DNA of 64,000 bases, taken from positions 210,999-274,998 of the forward strand of contig NIVC01001519.1 in NCBI GenBank assembly GCA_002269645.1. Reading direction: 5' to 3'. The position numbers and the translations under genes are program-made. The notes under the pieces are model-generated. The model saw nothing but the letters and a program-made list of their open reading frames with translations, was not told the origin of the DNA and did not search any database. This stretch comes from Macrostomum lignano (taxonomy: Eukaryota). Shown one piece after another: positions 25,676 to 38,370 of this stretch (position 1 is its first letter; every line of letters begins with the position of its first letter).

Positions 25676-27597
25676 AAAATAATAATATGACAATACTCAA
25701 TAGGTCTATTTAAGATAATTAGGCTTACTTATTTATAATAATATAAATATGTATGGCTATGAATGTCTATTTTTTAATTTTAACAATTTAAAAAGTATAA
25801 AAGCACCTTTTTTTGTAAGGTTTAGTTTAAAAAAAACGATTACTATAATTATAAGAATTATGATAGATTAGATTTTTAGTTTGAAGTTTGTTGTTATCAT
25901 TGTAATAAAAGGCTAAAAATGTTTTTTTATGACAAAGAAAAAGTAAGCCTAGGGCCTATTTTTCTTTTCTTTCTAGTTTATACTTAAAAGCCTTTTTACT
26001 GATTCATAATTTAAGACTTTAATATTGCTAACATACGCCTAAGCCCTAACTAAAGGCTAAAGTAAGCCAGTCTGCCAGTTGACGGTAGGCCTAAAGAAAG
26101 TTTAAGAGTTTACACGTGTGGCCGCATCCCGTGACCTATTAATTAAGCTCTACACCTGGACCTACACTTGTGACTCATCCTGGCATGCATCCCTGGCATG
26201 TCTGAAAGCCATGTAGTAAAATGTTTACTACAAACCAACCAAAGTGACTTTAAAGCATGTAATGTTGACGAGCTCACTTTTGATGCCTTTCCAAGAACAA
26301 TTTTAATTACAAGTTAAACTTACACGTTGTGATATATAACAAAGTTTGCATTCTCGTATTCTACAAAGAGAATATAATATCAAAATATTATTAATGTTAA
26401 AAAAAAAACTTTTTTAGCAATAAGTATATGAATTTTAGATTTAATTTTATCTTACTAAAAATCACTTCTAATTTGATTTTCTCTAATTTCGTTGAAAAAA
26501 CACCTGGAACGCGGGACGAGCAGCAGTGTGCTAAGTGCCGGTTTAGTTTGTCTGGCGTACTACTACCAATAGTTTTTTGACTTTACGTCTACAGTGTTCT
26601 TATATTTAGGCCCAACAATAAGACTTGATATAAATTGCGCACACTATATCAGTGGGTCATGATTTATGAGCAGCTTCAGTTGTAAGTAAATGCATCATGC
26701 ATGTCTGTGTGAAATGTTGTCACTTAAAGACTAAAGTTTATTTCAATCGCAATAGGCCTATGCTTATCGAAGTTATCAAATAATTTTCAGCTTTTCTAAA
26801 ATATCTGAATTTTTTGTTAGTTAGTCAAAAAAGCTTTACTTTTCTGTGCCATTATCTGTATGGATGGTAGGCCCCTAGGCCTATTCCATAGTCTAGATCA
26901 TGGCAGGTGTATGCCGGAATGAAAATTCATTCATTGATGAATGAATGAAAGTTACTCTGAAAAAGTAACTTTGGTTAAGTAACTTCTAGTTCCAAAGAAA
27001 GTAACTTCTGACACTTGTTCTAGTACCAGTACTTTAAAAAAAGTAGGCCTAACTTCTGGTACTTCCATTACTGGTCCTTTCTAATTTCAAACTGCCAATT
27101 AAAAAGTACTTAAACATGTCTTCATGAAAAAAACAAAAGCATGTATTAGTCTAGAGTAAAACATGATGTTATTTCTCAAATAAAGATGCTACATGTTTTA
27201 TTATTATTATCACATCCAAAATGTGAGTGAATAAAAAACACCTTTACAAAACAAAGATCAACAGTATATCAGGATGATTCACATAAAAAATTTAGAGGCT
27301 GATTTTCAAATATTGTTTCTGATTCTTCAGAGAAGTATATATGGAGATCATTTTTGTCCAATAGATATGTCACAATGATCAGTGTAGAATACTTTAGGCA
27401 ACTCTTAGTTTGTGTAAGCCATTCTCTTGTCACCCTACTATATATATTATTGTGCTATAGTCTTATAGCAGCTATATTTTTACAGTAGTATAAGTATACT
27501 TTTGTACTGCTGACTCATTTAGAATCAATAATAATATTCTAGGAGCTTTAGAAATGCCAGTTAATAGTTAACAAAAGAGATACTAGACAACAAATGG

Positions 27598-28843
27598 CCC
27601 CTATTGGAATAAGTGGTATTTTCGCGGACGGCGTCCGGCGCACTTTTTCTTTTTCCTCATAGTCATGGCGCATGGCGCGCTACGCGCGCCATGCGCCATG
27701 ACGCACAGCAGCTCACAGGTAAGATGCAAGGAGGACATCACGCGCTACATACAGCGCTGCTGAACAAGGATGAGAAGCATGCACAGGAGAAAGTCAGCAG
27801 CACGGTGGAAATTCAGCAAACTGTAAGTAAAACTTGTTTTTCTAATTTCTATAACTTTGATAATATTGCTATGGGCTATAGTATAGCATATCTCCTATCA
27901 TATGTATTGATTGCTGTGTCATCTAGAATATGCATGCAAGTTAATCGTAAAATTGGAAATTGTAGTTGAAAGATCGCAGCAGAAATGTTCTTTATTGCCT
28001 CATAAACATTATAACATAGTGCCAAATGCTAATTGCTCTTAATGTTCTCTTATAACGCAGTTGCAAGAAATAAAAAAGTAAACTAAATTCTATTAAAAGT
28101 CTCAACAAATTTTCTGCTTTGTTTAATTATCTTTTTGATTGGTTGCGCGTACATTTATTTATGCTGACATTTAAATGTGAAAATATTCTTCGAAACACCA
28201 TGCTAAATAGTTATCAGATTTGATAACCCGACCCAAGCCAAAGTGCTACAACTACTACTGAAAAAGTGTGTGGATAAGGCAAAGACAATTTTGTTTGTTC
28301 GTGAACTCTGTGTTGTTCATCACGGAGTTTCTTCATTTTGTATTAACCGATTAGCCAAATAGAAGTAAAGGGTTTCAGTGTTCGTAATTATTTTAAGTAC
28401 TCACTGATGCAATTGCCACACTATTTACATTATTTATTTTTCTTTGAATAGACCAACAATGTAACTTTGTAAGTCAAAAGACGAGTAGACTAAGAATTAA
28501 GAAATAGATACAACTACAACAGAAGGGGGCAGAAGTACAGTACAGAACAGAGTGCAGTAAAACACAAGTGCGGTAAAACACACAACTTTCTCTCAATCTC
28601 TTTAAATCTCTCAAAAACGAGTGATGCATCATCAGAATGAACATGATAGAGACTGGAGTCATGCACAATATCACCTAAACCTAGAGTGCTATGGCACCCT
28701 AGGATTTGAAGATTTGAATGACACATCGTCCATACCACCTTAGGATTTGAAGATTGTCATGACGCACCGTCCAGGCCACTTTATGATTGCCATGGCGCAC
28801 TAGATGCACTGTCCACAGTGTCTGAAAACTTATTCCAATAGGG
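27598..28843. mobile_element. 1.25-kb non-autonomous TIR element with CCCTATTGGAATAAG ends
   Basis: Perfect 15-bp TIRs; 7-bp direct repeat CAAATGG on both sides. Shares the subterminal GCGGACGGCGTCCGGCGC with the 25266 element. Confidence 0.75.
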
Positions 28844-29289
28844 CAAATGGCTGGAAATTGATAGATGGACCAAAGCCTCAAAGGAGTTAAAACTCAAAAC
28901 CTTCTTAAAATGTATAACTTATGTCATCTTACATGAACATTGAAAGGAAGAAATTGCAGCCTTCAAAAAATGTTCCACGAATCACAAGTGTAGTGTCCTA
29001 ATGTATTGCTAGTTATGCTTGTTAAAAAACTTGCAGAGTTATTAAACAAGGATTTTTATTGTTTTGAATGTGGCATGTTTCAGCAATAGTAGTACCAAAA
29101 TAATTTCTTCATTCTATGATTCTATATGATGCTTAAAATGTGCTTTAACTAAAAAAAAACCACCTGATCTAGGATCATCATTTTTACCTTTTTGTCATTA
29201 TACTACAAGTATTTTGGTGAAATTTTTGCACTTTTAGGAAATATTTAGGGCTAAATTGATTGTTTGGCACCTAAAATTTTATGTTCAAG

Positions 29290-29433
29290 TACTAGAAGAC
29301 CAGACTTATCAAAAAGTAACTTCCATTACTAAAGTCTGGCATTCTAAAAAACAACCAAAAAAAGTGCCACTTTAAAAAAAGTAACTTCCAGTTACTAAAA
29401 TTGCCAGAAGTACCAGAACTTTGCTCAACACTG
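29290..29433. mobile_element. Probable decayed hAT-like terminus with AGTAACT subterminal repeats; related repeats at about 26950-27090
   Basis: Repeated aaaagtaacttcc motifs ending in caacactg (reverse complement CAGTGTTG). The partner TIR was not located. Confidence 0.35.
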
Positions 29434-29758
29434 GTTCCCATTGTGTTTTTGTCTAGGCCTAGTTTTTTTACCATTTTATTGCATCTGCTACTTGAGATAA
29501 AGCCTAACCACACTGCCAATAATGATGGACCAAATGTGGATTTTTGTAAGTTTCTAAACCCAAATCCAAATCCAAATATCCAACTGTAAGCAAAAAGTAC
29601 GGTAAACACTGGGAGTAACTAAAAGACGTTTACTTTACAAAAATGTCTCATCATCTAATTAGTGATCTATTTATATGAATAATATAGACCTAATAAAATA
29701 ACTGATAAGATTCTATCTTAGGCTTATATATTATTATTATTAGGTCTATATCTATCAC

Positions 29759-30054
29759 CATACATGCGCAACCTCCAAAATTCAGTCAGCCATGCGACTT
29801 AGTTTTAACAAAAATGTGACGTAGTTTTTGGCCAAAAATGTGACTTACCTATGAAAGAAACCCTAAAGCAAAATTAAAGCAATTGTGGGTAAACAGTAGG
29901 AGTAACTATGACTGTCTTATGAGGGCTAAATGCCTCATCATCTAATTAGTATTACATCTGTATTCTTCGGGGTAGGCATTTTTGCGACTTACCTTGGTTG
30001 GCTGCCAAATCGTCGGCTGGATCGGCCGACTCGGCCAACTGTTGCGCATGTATG
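29759..30054. mobile_element. 296-bp hAT-type MITE carrying the 28S-derived cassette
   Basis: Perfect 14-bp TIR CATACATGCGCAAC; 8-bp TSD TCTATCAC (29751-29758 and 30055-30062). Confidence 0.85.
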
Positions 30055-32952
30055 TCTATCACTATCTAGTATCTAGCAAAACCAAATGATTCAAAAGTTT
30101 TATTTCTTTTACATTTGCATTTGTTTTGGTTTCTTGACTTGTTTTTTATGTGTGGAAGCTCATTTAAAATATTTGGAAACATTTCTAAGTTTGAAACATT
30201 TATAGCCATAGGCCTATTTCTTAAAAATTGAGACACTTTTTAGATTTGGATTCTGAATCCAAATGTTTGTATCCATCAGTAGCTTAAAATTTAATGCCAA
30301 TAGATTTTAACTGTACATAAAGGTAGGGACTCCAATGAGTGTACCATAAGCTATTAATTATATGAAAAATCGTAAAATAGGGTTTTTTATTAATGAAATT
30401 GCCAAGCATAAAAAACATTTTTAGCAAAAACAAAATATACATGTTAAAGAAGAGTTTATACTTGTTCTAATTAGATAAAGAAACAAAAATATATATACAT
30501 TATATGCCAAATAGTATCCCACTGAACTTTGTCTTTTTGTATACACTCATTTTGTTAAAATAATTGGTTTCTAACAAAAAAAACAAACTTTCAAAAGTCA
30601 CTTTTTGTGGCAACAAAATATAAATATTTAGTGATACAAGCAAATATATTGGGTAACTTTTTCTACATCTTGAAAAAATTTTTTTTCTCCCTATTTAGAC
30701 AGTATAAAAAAATAAAGTTGAATAAAAATTGTGCTTGCATTTCCAAAGCTTAGTAAAACCCAGATATGAATGCTATTCCAAAATGTGATTACATAAGAAA
30801 AAACTGCACATGTCTATCTATATCCACCAAAAAGTTATTGGGACCTATTTTTGCCTATCTCCTCAGTGTAAAATAGATTTGTTTTAAGTCAAAGAGCAGA
30901 ATTTTTCTAGCAAGAATTCCTAAGACTATTATTTTACTGTATTTAATAGAGGAACTTATAGGAATTCTTCATATCACTTTTTTTCTTTCTGCATATATCT
31001 GCTAAGGACCAGCAGCAATGTTTGCTTTTAGTAGCTATACTACTTATATGCTACTTATATTGATTTTTGAGTTTTCTTTGGTTTGTTACTAAACAGTAAA
31101 ATGTCATAGACTCTTAGATAACAATTTGACAAAGTTAGCAATCTCCTTTTTTGTGTCAGAAGCATGCAATCACAAGTTCTTTTTTTCAAAAAATATGTAC
31201 ACACACACTACTTACATGCTACTTATATAAAAAGTGGGTTGTTATAGCTTTTCTTTACCATAAAGAAGGACTTTTACCATTGCAAATTTGTCTATAGGTA
31301 ATATAATTCAAATAAATGTATGTTTCAGCTTATTGAGCTATAGCAATTGCAATCACAACAAGTGATTGATGCTTTGAATGCATGTAACCTTGGTCTGCAA
31401 TGCAAACTCTCATAAAGTGAACTGAATTTCATAAGAAATTGTGTTTATTCAATTTGTATATTTAATAAGCAACTTAAAAATATACAATTTTAAGTACAAT
31501 ATATTTTAAATACTTCTTTACACTTTCGTGTAGATATGAAAGTTCATTAGCAGCTTTACTCATACACAATATAAAATTTTACAATAGGAGGCTCAATACA
31601 AAAATATACAATACATTAGTCTATCAACAATCATTTATCTATATATTTTGCATTTAAAAAGCAAAGCAGACAATATATATTGTGTATGTAATGAAAATAA
31701 GCATTAAATATAAAACATGCTAACTTCAGTCTTTAGTTGCAGCTAATCAACAAGCAAAAATATTGGGAAAAATGAAAAAAGCTTTTGAATAAACCAAAGT
31801 ACACAATGAAAATTTTCATATGTTTCTCAATAAATAAAACAAATCAAACTTGATATATGTTCATAAGTCTAAAAATTATAATCATTCAAAGTTGAAAAAT
31901 GTGCAAATTTAAGATATGCTATTAAGTTCCAGTAGCAAAAAAGTCACCAAATTGGGTGAATTTTTTAACCCTTGCCAATGTATAGGCAAAAGAGGTATAA
32001 TAACATATACTTTTATGTGTTGTAAAGCAAACAAAAAAAAAGATTTCAGAAAAAGCAAATAACTTTTAAATAGTAGCCATTTGAAATTTTCATTTTGCTC
32101 TATTTTTGATGTGCCCTTTTCACTTTTAAAAAATTCAAATGCAAACCCCAAAAAAGATGCATTAAAAAGAATAAAAACAATTTGCTAATCTTATTTAAAA
32201 CTGATTGATCTTTAAAATGATACCAGACTCAACATTATAAGTTGAATAGCAAAAAAGATATGACAACAAAAAGTGAAAAATTTTGTTTTCATACTTCCAA
32301 TGGCAACAACCTATAATGTATTTTTCCTATCTAAAAAAATTGTAACTGGACAAAAAATGCTATAACTTTTTTATTATTTAACCAGATCTTGGTACTAACC
32401 CAGATCTAAAAATATAGCAAAGAAACTGCATTTGTTTCAACCTCTATAATAAAGATCAATTGACTTTTAGCTCCTAGAGAGCTACTAAAGTTTGGTATAA
32501 TTAGGCTTAATTACTATTCATTATATAATTTTTTTATTTTGGTCGCTATAGTATCATGACATAATATGCCTGTAGTCTTTTTATGTATGCATTTAGTAGG
32601 CCTAGTTTGTTTTTTTCAGTTATTTTATTAAATAAGTATTAATTTGCTTTGGTATCATAAAGTAATTTTTTATATTTTAATTATAAGTGTATAGTATTTA
32701 ATAACTCTGTTTTTTCTAGTAAATGTAAATATTAAGTAATCACAACTCAATTAATAGCAAACTATTAATTTGTACTTCTATGTGATTTTTAGCTTTTGCA
32801 TTATTTACATGCTTAAGAATTATTGTATGTAATAATGAATACTTTGTAGCTTTAGTAATATTTTGTAGTTCATAATGGTATAATTTAGCCTTTTTCCATT
32901 TCAATGGCTGGCAAACAAGCTGGTTCAATTAATACTTTAATTAATGTTTTAG

Positions 32953-35900
32953 ATACTCAACCACAGAGAAGTTTATAATTCAGCCAGTTGATGGTAATGA
33001 AATTCTGGTTATTGACAAACAGACAACCGATGTTTCTGTCACTGGTGAGTTGCACTTTGTTAGAATTGCAAAAATTCTACACATTGAATGTAGATATTTT
33101 ATTCACAAAAATGCTAGTAGTCTACTTTTAGTAGCAAAGATAAGTATTTATAAATTTTTAAAGGCCTAAAAAGCAATAAAAATTGATCTGTTATTTTCAA
33201 TTTTGATTTAATTCAAATTTTATTGGATTTTTTGTCTCCCTGTGTCTCCTTGTCTTTTCTCTGTGTCTCCCTGTCTTTTCTAGGTGTCTCCCTGTCTTTT
33301 CTCTGTGTCTCCCTGTCTTTTCTCTGTGTCTCCCTGTCTTTTCTCTGTGTGTCCCTGTCTTTTCTCTGTGTGTCCCTGTCCCTGTGTCCATGTGTAGGAA
33401 TGGGGTGATGGGTTAGTGGGACATCGACCCTTGGCGGTGCAGTAGGCGGTGCAATTTCAAAATTTAATTTTGCTACTTTCAGTAGTTAAACTTTTCTAGC
33501 TGTTTTTTTAACACCCCTCCTTGTAAAGCTGATCGGTCCATTGTGCCAACAACAACTGGCACTCAGCCAACTACAATCTACGGCCTGTGGGGCATCATCC
33601 GTCTGCCTCCTCCAGCCGGGCCTCAGCTGTTAACTATTCGATCGCGAGCTCTAGTTGGCAATCTGTGGGGTCACAATGTCTGGCGCGTCGATGCCACCGA
33701 TGTGCTGCCGTTTCAACGCCTCTCAGCCAGCCTGTCGCCACAGCAGGCCTCCGACGCGGCCGCCTATCTAGCCATGGTGCAGGAGGTTCTCAAAACTCCC
33801 AATTATTATTTCTCCTATACGTTAGACGTGACTCACTCCGCTCAACGTCTAGCCGACACCAGTCCGGAGTTTCGCAGCCTGGCCTTAGCCGAACGTGCCG
33901 ATGAACGATTTGTTTGGAATCACCAGTTGCTAGGCGATTTAAGAGGCTTTTCCCGTTTTGCTTTGCCAATTATGCACGGATTTGTCAGCATTTGGAGTTC
34001 GGTTTATCGGGTAGGTCTGGGGCGTTGTTGATCTATGAAATATTCTGTTTGTATTTCTGCTCCTTTATAGCAAATCTCACTCCCATTCTTCCCCATCCCC
34101 CTAGTGATCTTTAATCCCACTCCCATTCTTCCCCATCCTCCTAGTGATCTTTAATCCCACTCCCCATTCTTCCCCATCCTCCTAGTGATCTTTAATCCCA
34201 CTCCCATTCTTCCTCATCCTCCTAGTGATCTTTAATCCCACTCCCATTCTTCCCCAACCCCCTAATGATCTTTAATCCCACTACCATTCTTCCCCATCCT
34301 CCTAGTGATCTTTAATCCCACTCCCCATTCTTCCCCATCCTCCTATTGATCTTTAATCCCACTCCCATTATTCCCCATCCTCCTAGTGATCTTTAATCCC
34401 ACTACCATTCTTCCCCATCCTCCTAGAGATCTTTAATCCCACTCCCATTCTTCCTCATCCTCCTAGTGATCATTAATCCCACTCCCATTCTTCCCCAACC
34501 CCCTAGTGATCATTAATCCCACTCCCTATTCTTCCCCATCCTCGCAGTGATCCCTAATCCCACTCTCATCTCTTTACCACGTTTCCAGTGATCCCCTATG
34601 TCTCTTTATCTCATTCATACCCCGATTATCCAATTATCCCTAATCCCATTCCCCGCGTCATAAATCCCATTCCCCAATCATCACAGGACCGGGCATTCGA
34701 CTACGCCCTGATCAGCCGGCGCTCCCGATTCCGGGCCGGGGTTCGATTCTACATGCGCGGCGCCGACGAGAATGGCTGCGTGGCCAATTTTGTAGAGACA
34801 GAGCAGCTGGTACAGGCGCAGGGTCAAAAGTTCAGCTTTGTGGTGACTCGCGGCTCCGTGCCGCTCAGCTGGTCGCAGTATCCCAATTTAAAGTACAAGC
34901 CGAAACCGGACCTGGCTAAGGAGGCCCATCTGCAGACGGCCGTGTTCTCCGCTCACTTCAATGATCAGGTTAGGAAATTTTATCATTTTTATTCAGTTAA
35001 AGCCAAGTCCTTGTGTGACGCCAAATCCAATTTAGTAGAATTCCAGCTGTTTCATGGCGCCAAATCCAATACAGTAGAATTTCAGGTGTTTTATGGCGCC
35101 AAATCCAATACAGTAAAATTCCAGGTGTTTTTGGCGCCAACTCCAATACAGTAGAATTCCAGGTGTTTTATAGTGCCAAATCCAATCCAGTAAAATTCCA
35201 ACTGTTTTGGCGCCAAATACAATCTACTAGAATTATAGTTGTTTTTGGCGCCAACTTCAATCCAGTAGAATTCCAGCTGTTTTATGGCACCAAACCCAAT
35301 CTACTAGAATTATAGTTGTTTTTGGCGCCAACTTCAATCCATTAGAATTCCAGCTGTTTTTTTGGCGCCAAATCCAATCTACTAGAATTATAGTTATTTT
35401 TGGCGCCAACTTCAAGCCAGTAGAATTCCAGCTGTTTTTAGCGCCAAATCCAGTCCAGTGGAATTCCAGCTGTTTTCGGCGCCAACTCCAATTCAGTAGA
35501 ATTCCAGCTGTTTTATGGCGCCAAATCCAGTCCAGTAGAAACCCATAAAACTCCTACCCCACATCGCAGGTGTTCACTCACAGGTACGGCAAGCAAATAG
35601 TAATCAATTTGCTGGACACCAAAGGCGCCGAACGCGAGCTGTGCGCCAGTTTCAGCCGCAGCTGCTCTCAGCCGGAGCTGCTCGGCGCCGCCGAGGTTCG
35701 CTACGAGCATTTCGACTTTCACAAGGAGTGCAGCCGGATGCGCTGGGACCGGCTGTCTCTGCTCATGGACCGGACCGAGCCTGATCATCAGGCTATGGGA
35801 TATTTTCATATTGCAGCCGATGGTCAGTCAGCCTCCGATCATTATGCCTCATCTAATTATTCTCCCATTGTACTCTCAACCCGCCTCGTCTTCCTCTCTT

Positions 35901-37318
35901 CACCCGCCTTGCTTTACCCTCTCTTCACCCGCCTTGCTTTACCCTCTCTTCACCCGCCTCTCCTTACCCTCTCCTCACCCGCCTTACCTTACCCTCTCTT
36001 CACCCACCTTGCTTTACCCTCTCTTTACCCGCCTCTCCTTACCCTCCCCTCCTCACCCGCCTTACCTTACCCTCTCTTCACCCACCTTGCTTTACCCTAT
36101 CTTTACCCGCCTCGCCTCACACTCTCTTCACCCGCCTCTTCTAACCAGCTCCTCATCCGCCTTGCTTTACCCTCTTTCCTCGTATTGTCTCACCCTCTCT
36201 TCACCCACCTCGCCTCACCATCTTCACCCGCCTCGCCTTACCCTTTCCTCACCTGCCTTATCTAGCCCCTATCTAACTCTCCTCGTCGCTTCATCCGTCG
36301 CCTCATCACTTGGCAGGCTCGGTGGCTCTCCAGCAGAAGAGTGTATTCCGGGTGAACTGCATAGATTGCCTAGACCGCACCAATGTAGTGCAAGGCATGC
36401 TGGCTAGGCGGGCACTGCTAGACCAATTCCGTTCGCTTGGCTGGCTAGAAGACGGCGCCAATGGCCGCCTATCCGACGATGTTGAACGATTTCTAAAGAA
36501 CGTCTGGGCCGACAATGCAGACACGCTGGCCCAGCAGTACACGGGCACTGGCGCTTTGAAGGCCGATTTCACGCGCACTGGCAAGCGCACTAAATACGGG
36601 GCACTGATGGACGGCTACAACAGCATGGTCAGATATGCTAAGAATAATTTCACCGATGGATTTCGTCAGGACGCTATCGATTTGTTTTTGGGCAATTATC
36701 AACCGGAACCGGGTGCGGCTAGTCCCTTTGAAGTTGCCGCCGAGTCGGCTAGCTTGATGAAGAGAGCCCTACCAGCTGCCGCTTTGATTGGCCTGGCTCT
36801 GCTAGTGATGCGTATTCTGCTACCAGCTGGTGAGTGACAGATTGAAATGCTGTTCTTTAAGGTGGGGTTCTTCTGGTAAACTTTTACTGGGATTCCTTGA
36901 ATGATTTCCAAGATTATTGAATTAGGGATCATTGAAAAAAAATCTATAAAAGGGATATTCTCAGAATGATCTGTTAGTAAGATTCTCACAATAACTCGAA
37001 AGTGTGATTTTTAAAATAATCCACTGTGGGATTCTTGGAATGACCCGAAAGTGGGATTATTCTCGGCGGGCAATTCGTCTGCGGGAAACTCTCATGGACC
37101 CTGTTTTTGTGATGTTTTTTTTAAACTCCATTGGATTTTCACCCCCCCTTCCTTCTCTCCCTCTCCACACAGAGCGCTGGACAGACACGGCACTGCACTG
37201 CCTGATATTCATCGGCCTGATAGCGCTGTCGCTGTTCGGCATTGTTCGCCATGGCGACGAGTTCGTGGACCGGCCTCGCCTGGCCCTGAAAATTGACCGG
37301 CAAAAGAAGCGACAATGA
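32953..37318 (+). CDS. SACM1L: SAC1 phosphoinositide phosphatase (first coding exon not found)
   Basis: Exons 32953-33044, 33529-34010, 34687-34968, 35570-35822, 36317-36829 and 37173-37318 have consistent phases. Motifs: ERFVWN, LISRRS..RAGVRF..RG, NFVETEQ, RGSVPL.WSQ, catalytic [16 protein letters not shown], and two C-terminal hydrophobic segments. Confidence 0.95.
33230..33395. repeat. 21-bp tandem repeat (SAC1 intron)
   Basis: Unit ctgtgtctccctgtcttttct. Confidence 0.9.
34070..34565. repeat. 40-bp minisatellite (SAC1 intron)
   Basis: Unit cccactcccattcttccccatcctcctagtgatctttaat. Confidence 0.95.
35010..35545. repeat. About 39-bp minisatellite (SAC1 intron)
   Basis: Unit approximately ggcgccaaatccaatccagtagaattccagctgttttt. 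Confidence 0.9.
35880..36300. repeat. Pyrimidine-rich imperfect tandem repeat (SAC1 intron)
   Basis: Recurrent ctcttcacccgccttgctttaccct. Confidence 0.85.
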
Positions 37319-38370
37319 ACTTTACATGCAAAAAAGTTATAATGCTAAATACCATTGGCTAGTAGACGTGTGATGTTAACACTTGGTAATTAAATTATTT
37401 TTATTAGCTAAATTTTGATTGAAATTGCATCAGCTAGACAGAAATATCTGTTGTCTTTTAGTGACTGCTTTTACATGGTCCCACAACCAGCACTGACGGC
37501 AATTCTGCCCATTCCACTGACTCAGCTGAGCACATACAAGCGCGCCAATACTGAACGCAGGCAGGCACTTACACACAGGCTCACACGGGGTGCACAGCAT
37601 TTCTCTCACCTTGTAGACTTTTAGGCATCATTTGAAGCTTATAGTCAAAGCAACATATTAATTATCGAAATTTAAATTTGAGAACAGCATTTTTTCTCTA
37701 CCAAGTTGAACGTTTGCAAAATTTTATTTTTTCCTAATGGTCATTGTGCGCTACTTGCTCTACTGACGAGTTATTTAATAGCAGTAGTATCTGCAACAGA
37801 TAAATCAAGATTTGGACTATTTCTGTTATGTGCTAGCAACGTAAATGATGATTCTCATAATTTCCCACCTGGTGACCGGTAAGGCCTCCATAATAGAATT
37901 TGTGCTGTGATTGAACTGTTTATTTGACTTTTCTCCCATAACAGCAAGCCATGTTTGAATCATATTATACATCTAATCTGTTTACATTCTAATGCTTGAT
38001 AGCAAAGTATTAACTATTTTATTCGTACTAAATTTGCGCTAATTAATGGTTGAGTTCCCCACAAAGCCCACTGTTATAAACCAACGCCGTTGATACATGT
38101 TTTGTTAATTAGCTATCGTTTGAGCGCCCTATATTGATCAGTTATTCGCTTGTTGTAAGAGTAGTATAGCATAAATATTTGTGAACATTAACATGATTCG
38201 TATTTACTATTCGTTATTATCTATCAATAATTGTCCTACTCATCAATGTGACGACTAATGATGATGATTAATATATGCAAAAGATTTATTGAGTCTACTA
38301 TGAGTTACAGTATTCCAAATCAGTCTTTTTGTGCTTTTCTTATGCAAGCGTTGTGGTTGGAAAAAATTTA

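Noticed and set aside
32300-32345. MATTYN... as SAC1 exon 1
   Set aside because: No phase-2 GT donor follows.
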